Origin: an uncultured Chloroflexia bacterium
GTDB taxonomy: Bacteria > Chloroflexota > Limnocylindria > Limnocylindrales > CSP1-4
Assembly: GCA_963713975.1 (NCBI GenBank)
Contig: OY970218.1
Location: forward strand, 1,344,001-1,408,000
Reading direction: 5' to 3'
DNA length: 64,000 nt
Shown: one piece after another, positions 57,128 to 64,000 of the stretch
How the letters are laid out: each line of letters opens with the position of its first letter
Numbering within the stretch: position 1 is the stretch's first letter
Program-made: the position numbers and the translations under genes
Notes under the pieces: generated by a model
Seen by the model: the letters and a program-made list of their open reading frames with translations, nothing else
Told to the model about the DNA's origin: nothing
Databases searched by the model: none

Positions 57128-58039
57128 ATGTCCAACCACACGAAGCTCCCCGCCGTCCTTCTCCTGGTCACGCTCGGCGTCGCCGCGTGCAGCTCCGGGG
57201 GCTCCTCAGCCCCATCAACTCCCTCGGCGTCGCCGTCCGGGACACCTGCCGTGGCGCCGAGCGCGTCCCCCGACGGGATCGTCCACCCGACCGGGGCCGA
57301 TGAGATCGTCCTCCGCTACGAGGACGTGGGCGGCTTCACCCCGCCCGAGTGGCAGGCCGCCCGGCTGCCCTACTTCACGCTCTACGGCGACGGACGCGTG
57401 GTGTTCCAGCAGACGACAGTCGAGATGCCTCCGCGCGAGGACAATGCCATCGTTGGCGTCCCCCTGCGGACGGCGGTGCTCACGGAAGACCAGGTCCAGG
57501 TCCTCCTCGAGTACGCCCTCACCGAGGGCGGCCTCGCGATCGCCAAGGCCGAGTACCAGAACCCGATGGTGGCCGACGTCCCGACCGCAGTCTTCACGAT
57601 CAACGCCGAGAACAACAGCAAGACCGTGTCCGTGATGGCGCTGGGAATGGAGGTCCAGCCGGGCGTGGACTCGCTGGTCCTCGGACGCCTCGCGACGCTC
57701 GGCGAGCGCCTCCGCGACTTCGACCAGGGTGGGACGCTCGCCAGCGACCCGTATCTCGCGCCGGCGTACCGAGGCGTGATCATCGAGCAGCAGGGTCTCA
57801 TCCAGGGTGTGCAGGTCCGCGATTGGCCGTGGGTGGACATCCAGCCCTCGGACTTCACGTTCCCCGCCGACCCGAACGCGCTGCAGATGGGGACGCACAC
57901 GCTGACGCCGGCGGAGGCCGGCGCGGTGGGAATCCCGGGCTTCGAGAGTGGGATCATGTCGGGCGTCTACCTCGACGGACCGAACGGGAAGCTCTACTCG
58001 CTGGTGGTCCGGCCGCTGCTGCCCGACGAGACGGCGTAG
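57128..58039 (+). CDS. Lipoprotein of unknown function
   Basis: Lipobox VAAC, Ser/Pro-rich linker, GGF.P...P.FTLYGDGRV. Confidence 0.8.
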   Translation: MSNHTKLPAVLLLVTLGVAACSSGGSSAPSTPSASPSGTPAVAPSASPDGIVHPTGADEIVLRYEDVGGFTPPEWQAARLPYFTLYGDGRVVFQQTTVEMPPREDNAIVGVPLRTAVLTEDQVQVLLEYALTEGGLAIAKAEYQNPMVADVPTAVFTINAENNSKTVSVMALGMEVQPGVDSLVLGRLATLGERLRDFDQGGTLASDPYLAPAYRGVIIEQQGLIQGVQVRDWPWVDIQPSDFTFPADPNALQMGTHTLTPAEAGAVGIPGFESGIMSGVYLDGPNGKLYSLVVRPLLPDETA

Positions 58040-58058
58040 GCGACTCCGGGGCGGGGCA

Positions 58059-59408
58059 TCAACCGACGTCCGCGAACCGCTCCCCGGCGTAGTTGACGAA
58101 GCGTGTCTGCGCCTTCTTGAACCACAGGTCGATCTCGCCGGTGGGGCCGTTGCGGTGCTTGGCCAGCTTCAGCTTGACCACCTCGCCCTCTGTGGACTGG
58201 TCCTCCGAGCCTCGTTCCTTCTCGCGCCACAGGAACATGACCAGGTCCGCGTCCTGCTCGATCGAGCCCGATTCCCGGAGGTCCGAGAGCCGGGGCTCCC
58301 GGGACTCACGCATCTCGGGCTGGCGGGAGAGCTGGCTCAGGGCGATCACCGGGACCTTGAGCTCGCGGGCGAGTGCCTTGAGCCCCCGGGTGATCTCGGA
58401 GACCTCCTGCACGCGGTTGGCGTCCCGCGTGGTGGTGGACGACTGCATGAGCTGGAGGTAGTCCACGATTACGAGGTCCAGGCCGGTCTCCGCCTGGAGG
58501 CGGCGGGCCTTGGTGCGCAGCTCCATGGTGGAGATGTTGGGCGTGTCGTCGATGTAGATCGGCGCCTCGGAGAGGGTGTTCATCGCCGGGGCGATCCGGG
58601 CGAAGTCCAGCTCCTCGAGGAAGCCCGTGCGCAGGCGCTGGGAGTCGATGTTGGCGACGGACGAGAGCAGCCGCAGGACGAGCTGCTCCTTGCTCATCTC
58701 GAGGCTGAACAGGCCGACGCTCTTGCGGTCCCGGGCCGCAGCGTGCTCTGCGATGTTGAGCGCGAAGCTGGTCTTGCCCACCGACGGACGGGCCGCGAGG
58801 ACCACGAGGTCGCTCTTCTGGAGGCCGGTCGTCAGCTGGTCCAGGTCCTGGAAGCCGGTGCGGACGCCGCTGATCTCACCACGATGTTCGTGCAGGTAGT
58901 CCAGCCGGTCATAGGCATCGTGGAGCAGGGTCTTGAGCTCCGAGAAGCCGGCGGCGACCCGGCGCTGGCTGACGGCGAAGAGCTCCGCCTCAGCCCGGTC
59001 GATCGCCTCCTGGATCTCCGCCGGGTCCTCGTAGCCGATCCCGGCGATCTTGCCGGCCGCGGAGATGAGGTTCCGCAGCAGCGACTTCCGCTCGACGATC
59101 CGCGCGTACTGCGCGGCGTGCACCGCGGTCGGGGTCTGGTTGGACAACGTGCCGAGGTAGGCGCGTCCACCCATCGCCTCGAGGTCACCGGTGCGGTCCA
59201 GCGCCTCTGCGACGGTCACGACGTCCACGGGCTCCCGCCGCTCCGAGAGATCCAGCATCACAGCGAAGACGCGGCCGTGGGCCTGCCGGTAGAAGTCCTC
59301 CGGCTTGAGGAAGTCGGCGACCTCGATGATCGCGTCCCGGTCGATCAGGATGGACCCTAGGACGGATTGCTCGGCTTCGATGGATTGCGGCGGCAGGCGG
59401 TCGATCAT
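58059..59408 (-). CDS. dnaB: Replicative DNA helicase
   Basis: PPQSIEAEQSVLG, AARPSVGKT, FSLEMS, VDYLQLM, LSQLSR, DLRESGSIEQDAD, KHRNGPTG. Confidence 0.98.
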   Translation of the reverse strand: MIDRLPPQSIEAEQSVLGSILIDRDAIIEVADFLKPEDFYRQAHGRVFAVMLDLSERREPVDVVTVAEALDRTGDLEAMGGRAYLGTLSNQTPTAVHAAQYARIVERKSLLRNLISAAGKIAGIGYEDPAEIQEAIDRAEAELFAVSQRRVAAGFSELKTLLHDAYDRLDYLHEHRGEISGVRTGFQDLDQLTTGLQKSDLVVLAARPSVGKTSFALNIAEHAAARDRKSVGLFSLEMSKEQLVLRLLSSVANIDSQRLRTGFLEELDFARIAPAMNTLSEAPIYIDDTPNISTMELRTKARRLQAETGLDLVIVDYLQLMQSSTTTRDANRVQEVSEITRGLKALARELKVPVIALSQLSRQPEMRESREPRLSDLRESGSIEQDADLVMFLWREKERGSEDQSTEGEVVKLKLAKHRNGPTGEIDLWFKKAQTRFVNYAGERFADVG

Positions 59409-59548
59409 GCAGTCCCGACGATGGCTGGATGCTGTGTTCGCTCAACTGTCACGGAGACCGGCCCTGGCCGATAGGGGCTTATCCCCGAACCGGCGCCCGC
59501 GATCTGCCTCCCCGTGTGGACGACCTGTGGACGGGCGGTTGCTCCGGG

Positions 59549-60199
59549 TCAGTCCAGGCGGCGGATGACGCCGATGAGCTTGCCCTGGATCCGGACCGAC
59601 GGGTAGAACTGGGGCGGGTATTCGGGGTTGGCGGGCTGGAGGCGGATCCGGTCCTTCTCGCGGAAGAACCGCTTGAGGGTGACCGCGTTCTCCTCCACCT
59701 GCGCGACGACGATGTCCCCGTCACTGGCCGTGTCCTGCTGGCGGATCACGACGAAGTCACCATCCGTGATGTGGGCCTCGATCATCGAGTCTCCACGGAC
59801 CCGGAGCACGTAGGCCTCACCGGCAGGGGCGAGGATGTCCGGGACCGCGAGCGTGTCCGCGACGTCCTGGTAGGCCTCGATGGGCCCGCCGGCAGCGATC
59901 TCGCCGATGATCGGCAGGCTGTGCGACTCACTGGGCATGGACTGCGGCATGAGCTCCGACGACAGCCCGAGATGCAGCGCGGCCGTCGGCGTGAGGCGGA
60001 TCGCCCGCGATTGCGCCGCGCCGCGCTCCAGGTAGCCCTCCCTCTCGAGGACCAGCAGGTGGTGATGGACGGCGGAGGTGGAGGCAAGTCCGACCGCCTT
60101 GGCGATCTCCCGCACGGACGGGGGATAGCCGCGCGCGCGGATCGTGGCTGCGATCACGTCCATGATCTTCCGCTTGCGTTCCGCGTCGTGACGGGTCAC
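59549..60199 (-). CDS. lexA: SOS repressor LexA
   Basis: GYPPSVREI, IAAGGP cleavage site, GDSM, TLKR. Confidence 0.97.
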   Translation of the reverse strand: MTRHDAERKRKIMDVIAATIRARGYPPSVREIAKAVGLASTSAVHHHLLVLEREGYLERGAAQSRAIRLTPTAALHLGLSSELMPQSMPSESHSLPIIGEIAAGGPIEAYQDVADTLAVPDILAPAGEAYVLRVRGDSMIEAHITDGDFVVIRQQDTASDGDIVVAQVEENAVTLKRFFREKDRIRLQPANPEYPPQFYPSVRIQGKLIGVIRRLD

Positions 60200-60224
60200 G
60201 GGGGTTCTCCTTGTGGTTGAGGAG

Positions 60225-60252
60225 ATGATACCGAACGGACGTTCGATGTCAA
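60225..60252 (-). promoter_or_regulatory. lexA promoter with Gram-positive-type LexA (Cheo) box in the spacer
   Basis: TTGACA-N16-TATCAT; CGAAC-GGAC-GTTCG at 60232-60245. Confidence 0.88.
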
Positions 60253-60352
60253 CTGCGGGCCGATCGGGGCCGGACAGGGGTCACTGGGGCCGGTGCTACC
60301 ATCGCCCTCCCCGGTTCCCCGCAGCGGACCGGAATTCGAGGTGAGGAGCAGG

Positions 60353-60892
60353 GTGGCTCGAGCATCGCGGGAGGACCGCGAGGACCGGAAGCAATCAATG
60401 GAGGAGCGCCGCACACAGCGGATCGGCCTCCGGCGGCTGCTGGGCCTGCTCGTGTTCCTGCCCCTGACCAGCCGGGCGCCGATGTACGGTCGCCTGCTCT
60501 GGGAGCTGGTCCGCGACGACCGGACGCCGACCGGACGGAAGGTCGTGCTGGCCGCAGCCCTGGGCTATCTTGCGCTGGGCCGGGACCTGGTCCCGGATGA
60601 TCTCCCGGTGATCGGCGGGATCGACGACATCGTGGTCGTGGTCCTGGCGGTGGACCTGTTCCTGGACGGCGTTCCCCAGGACGTGCTGGACGAGAAGCTG
60701 GACGACCTCGGTATCGACCGGCGGACGTTCCGGAGCGACGTCACGAGGTTCCGGCGCTTCACACCGGGGGTGCTCAGGCGCATCATTCGCCGTGCACCCG
60801 GGATGCTGGTGTTTGCCGGCGACACGCTGCACAACAACAGGGTCGGACCGCGGGTCCGCGCCTGGATCAACACGGAGGGTTCGAACGCGTGA
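60353..60892 (+). CDS. YkvA/DUF1232 family membrane protein
   Basis: D.RTP...K..L...L.Y....DLVPD..PVIG.IDD. Confidence 0.85.
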   Translation: MARASREDREDRKQSMEERRTQRIGLRRLLGLLVFLPLTSRAPMYGRLLWELVRDDRTPTGRKVVLAAALGYLALGRDLVPDDLPVIGGIDDIVVVVLAVDLFLDGVPQDVLDEKLDDLGIDRRTFRSDVTRFRRFTPGVLRRIIRRAPGMLVFAGDTLHNNRVGPRVRAWINTEGSNA

Positions 60893-61335
60893 AGGTGATC
60901 CTGACGAAGGATGTCCCGAAGCTCGGCAAGACGGGCGAGATGAAGACGGTCGCTGACGGGTACGCCCAGAACTTCCTCATCCCGCAGAAGCTTGCCGTGT
61001 CCGCCGCGGGTGGCGCCTATCGCGCGTACCAGCACGACATCGCGAGCCGCGAGGAGAAGCGCCAGCGGGAGCGGGCGGACGCGGAGATCGCCGCGACCCG
61101 CATCGGGAGCACGACGCTGACCATGGGCGTCAAGGTGGGCGAGGGCGGCAAGCTCTATGGCTCCATCAACAACCAGGACATCGCGGAGGCCCTCGGGCGG
61201 CGCGGGATCGTGGTGGACAAGCACAAGATCGAGCTGGACTCGCCGATCAAGTCGCTCGGCACCTACAAGGTCGCGATCAGGGTCTTCTCGGGCATGACGC
61301 CCGAGGTGACGATCGTGGTCGAGCCCAAGGGCTGA
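60889..61335 (+). CDS. rplI: 50S ribosomal protein L9
   Basis: MKVIL.KDV..LGK.GE...VADGYA.NFLIP, GKLYGSI, PIKSLG. Confidence 0.98.
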   Translation: MKVILTKDVPKLGKTGEMKTVADGYAQNFLIPQKLAVSAAGGAYRAYQHDIASREEKRQRERADAEIAATRIGSTTLTMGVKVGEGGKLYGSINNQDIAEALGRRGIVVDKHKIELDSPIKSLGTYKVAIRVFSGMTPEVTIVVEPKG

Positions 61336-61402
61336 CGCACGGCGGGCCCGTCACCCGCAGCCCTTCCGGTGCCCGCACCGTACACGGCACCCGCAAACCC
61401 TT

Positions 61403-61432
61403 CTCGCCCGGACCCGATGGGGCCCGGGCGAG
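61403..61432 (+). terminator. Stem-loop after rplI
   Basis: CTCGCCCGG...CCGGGCGAG inverted repeat; no clear U-tract. Confidence 0.5.
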
Positions 61433-61470
61433 CCTAATTCACGCCCGGGGCGGCGCTACACTCCCGCCCG

Positions 61471-62688
61471 ATGACACCCGGCGGCGCTCGGCGAACCTCG
61501 CGCGACTGGCGCTATCGACTCCCCGTGCTCCCGGAGGGCCTGGGCGAGGCCCTGTGGCTGTTCGTCGTGATGCGCGTGGGCCTCGGGCTATTCGCCCTGT
61601 TCGTGTGGGCACAGGTCTCGGTCCCGGGGCCATGCCACTTCGAGCTGGCCCAGGACGGCTGGACGACCGTTCCACCCCTCGCCAGCTCCGGGTTCGACTT
61701 CCCGCTGGTCGGGGTCTGGCAGCGTTGGGATGCCTGCTGGTACTCCAAGGTTGCGACCTTCGGGTACGAGGCGGGCACCGACGCGGTGAACTTCTGGCCG
61801 CTGCTGCCCGGTCTGATGCGCTTCGCGGCCTGGCCGCTGGGCGGCAACGTCGCCCTGAGCGGGCTGGTCGTCTCGGGCGTCGCCTACGTCGCGGCCATGA
61901 CGGGCCTGTACCGGCTGGTGACCCTCGACTTCGACGAGGATGTCGCGCGGCGGACGGTGCTGTTCATCACGATCGCGCCCGCCGCGTTCTTCCTGTTCGC
62001 ACCGTTCACCGAGGCGCCGTTCCTGGCCCTCACCGTGTGGGCGATTCTGGCGGCACGGCAGCGCATGTGGGCCCTGGCCGCCATCGTCGGCCTGCTGGCC
62101 GGCCTCACCCGCATCCAGGGCGTGTTCCTCGTCCTCCCGATCGCGTGGGAGGCGTGGATCGCCTGGCGTGACCGTCGGGCGCAGGCAGGTCTGGTGATGC
62201 CGTCGCTGTCGTCGATCGTGGCCGCCGCGGCGCCGGCGATCGGGTTCGGATCGTTCCTGCTGGCCACGTCCGTGATCGCGGGCCGGACGCCGCTCGACAC
62301 CCAGGACGTGTGGGGCGGCAAGAGCTTCCACCCGCCGTGGGAGGTGTTCGACGCGAGCCTGCGCTGGATTGTGGACCACCAGGACTCGCTCCAGGCCCTC
62401 AACCTCGCGATGCTGGTGCTGTTCATCTTCCTCGTGGTGGCGGGCATCCGCCGCCTGCCGGTCTCGTACTCACTGCTCGCGATCCCACAGGTCGCGCTGA
62501 TCGCCATCCGCATCCAGCCGACGCCGCTGACGTCAACCGCACGCCTGCTGGAGGTCGTGTTCCCGGCGTTCGTCGTCATCGCCCTGTTCGCAGGTGGACG
62601 GCGGCGAGCGGTGACCTGGACCATCCTGTCCCTGCTCGCCCTCGGCGCGCTGACCTGGCTGTTCGTGATCGGCGACTGGGTGGCCTGA
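61471..62688 (+). CDS. PIG-V/GT76-like mannosyltransferase (GT-C)
   Basis: RWDACWY..VA..GY, F.PL.P, P.AFFL.APFTE..FLAL, LTR..G. Confidence 0.85.
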   Translation: MTPGGARRTSRDWRYRLPVLPEGLGEALWLFVVMRVGLGLFALFVWAQVSVPGPCHFELAQDGWTTVPPLASSGFDFPLVGVWQRWDACWYSKVATFGYEAGTDAVNFWPLLPGLMRFAAWPLGGNVALSGLVVSGVAYVAAMTGLYRLVTLDFDEDVARRTVLFITIAPAAFFLFAPFTEAPFLALTVWAILAARQRMWALAAIVGLLAGLTRIQGVFLVLPIAWEAWIAWRDRRAQAGLVMPSLSSIVAAAAPAIGFGSFLLATSVIAGRTPLDTQDVWGGKSFHPPWEVFDASLRWIVDHQDSLQALNLAMLVLFIFLVVAGIRRLPVSYSLLAIPQVALIAIRIQPTPLTSTARLLEVVFPAFVVIALFAGGRRRAVTWTILSLLALGALTWLFVIGDWVA

Positions 62689-62712
62689 CGACGTCGTCCG
62701 GCTCGCGGGCGC

Positions 62713-64000
62713 TCAGAAGTCCACGAAGTCGATCGAGATCGCCCAGATCGCGTAGGCGCAGAACAGGATCGACGCCACGGCGGCGGCGGCCGCCAGCCTC
62801 GACCAGCCACGCGCGATGACGGTCGCCAGGATCACGAACAGCAGCAGCTGGAAGTCGAGGCTGAAGCGGTACCCGAACTGCGTGAGCCCGACGTTGCCGT
62901 GGGTGATGATTGGGAGGGAGACGATCGCCACGGCGAGGAGCGCCCACGCGACCACCGGGGTGCGCAGGCGCGCCTTGAACAGCCACAGGTAGAGCGGCGT
63001 GGTGAGGAAGATGCCCAGACCCCACCACGACGGCTGGAGCCACGGTGCGTCGTCGACGTAGTTCCAGCTCCGGAACAGGATCGCGAACACGTTGCGCGGG
63101 ATGTACCAGGGCGACAGGATCCCGTGCTTGGCATAGATCGGGTCCTCGAGGACACCGGGGATGGCCGTGTAGCTCTGGTCGAGGATCGTGCCCCAGCGGG
63201 CCATGTTGAAGGCGACGTAGATCAGGGCCGGCACGGCGAGGCCGAGGCCGAACACGACCACGGTGCGGACGACGCGCCGGGCGTCCATGGACCGGATCGC
63301 CGCCAGACCCGGGAAGCCGAGTTGCGCCGCCAGCACGAACGGCAGCGCCAGGCCCACGGGCAGGCGGCACAGGGCGGCGAGCCCCAGCAGCAGCCCCGCC
63401 AGCCACGCCCGCCGTCTGGTCAGCGCGCACAGCACGGAGGCGGCGAGCAGGAGCACCGCCGCCACGTGCGCGAAGTACCAGGCGGAGCCGCCGATGGAGA
63501 CGAACCAGAACGCCGTCCCGAACGCGAACACGACCGCCAGCCCCAGCCGGTCCCGGATCCGGAGCGGCAGGCCCAGCCGCCCGAGGACCAGGTATACGAG
63601 CCCCACGGCCAGGCCCGCGTACAGCGAGCTGTAGACCTGGGCCGGAAACTCGCGGCCGAACAGGGCGACGAACGGGAGGGCAAGCACCGCTGGCACGGGC
63701 GGGTAGGCCACGTACCAGCGGTTGTCGCCCGCCGGGATGAGCTCGTTGAGCCAGGACGGCGCCTCGTCCAGCCAGTAGCGGCCATGGAGGAAGGCGTCGG
63801 CAAGGCGGTTGAAGTAGTCCAGGGCCTGCGGCTCGGCCTTCGCCGTGAGCAGGTACACCCCGGCCGCCAGGGTGGACATGAGCAGGAAGCCCCACAGGTC
63901 CGGGCGGCGCTCCGCGCGCCTCACCAGGGCCGCGCCGGCGGTCTCGCCGAGGTAGTCGCGGATCCGGGAGAACGCCCCTGGTCGTGGCGCCTCGATCGTG
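62713..64000 (-). CDS. Putative GT-C membrane glycosyltransferase (frame open to window edge)
   Basis: LADAFLHGR, YVAYPPVPA, FN.ARWG, TQFGYRFSLD; paralogue of 28976-30232. Confidence 0.7.
   Translation of the reverse strand, partial: TIEAPRPGAFSRIRDYLGETAGAALVRRAERRPDLWGFLLMSTLAAGVYLLTAKAEPQALDYFNRLADAFLHGRYWLDEAPSWLNELIPAGDNRWYVAYPPVPAVLALPFVALFGREFPAQVYSSLYAGLAVGLVYLVLGRLGLPLRIRDRLGLAVVFAFGTAFWFVSIGGSAWYFAHVAAVLLLAASVLCALTRRRAWLAGLLLGLAALCRLPVGLALPFVLAAQLGFPGLAAIRSMDARRVVRTVVVFGLGLAVPALIYVAFNMARWGTILDQSYTAIPGVLEDPIYAKHGILSPWYIPRNVFAILFRSWNYVDDAPWLQPSWWGLGIFLTTPLYLWLFKARLRTPVVAWALLAVAIVSLPIITHGNVGLTQFGYRFSLDFQLLLFVILATVIARGWSRLAAAAAVASILFCAYAIWAISIDFVDF

Overview
High-GC bacterial chromosomal segment. 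Gene content (monoderm-type Tad locus with no secretin, Gram-positive-type LexA box, many leaderless genes) suggests Chloroflexota, possibly Limnocylindria-like; this is an inference. Left to right: mreB, PHP, flippase-like, XRE regulator, GT39, nfo and DUF2087 genes; a 3.1-kb secreted Ig/propeller gene flanked by a diverged duplication; hpf, comF, DUF192 and a tad operon with four Flp-type pilins; a DegS/DegU-like kinase-regulator-pseudokinase trio; a roughly 25-kb glycan island (many GT-C enzymes, GT2, GT4, NoeA-like methyltransferase, three LtaS/EptA-like paralogues, PIG-L); pcm; then dodecin, dnaB, lexA, rplI and more GT-C genes. The best candidate for an undescribed system is at 48.6-56.2 kb on the minus strand: a MalT/BTAD-type regulator, two unannotated micro-peptides sharing a C-terminal hydrophobic-K-G-aromatic motif (MAPIQVFKGW and MKDRLMRALVALGAVAAMALAGGASLKGF), a membrane-sensor HD-GYP phosphodiesterase and a DUF5317 (signal-peptidase-II-like) MFS fusion. 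The putative specificity-determining parts sit in a lower-GC cassette, as in peptide quorum-sensing loci. No rRNA, tRNA, CRISPR array or transposase was seen. Family assignments are from motif recognition, not database searches.
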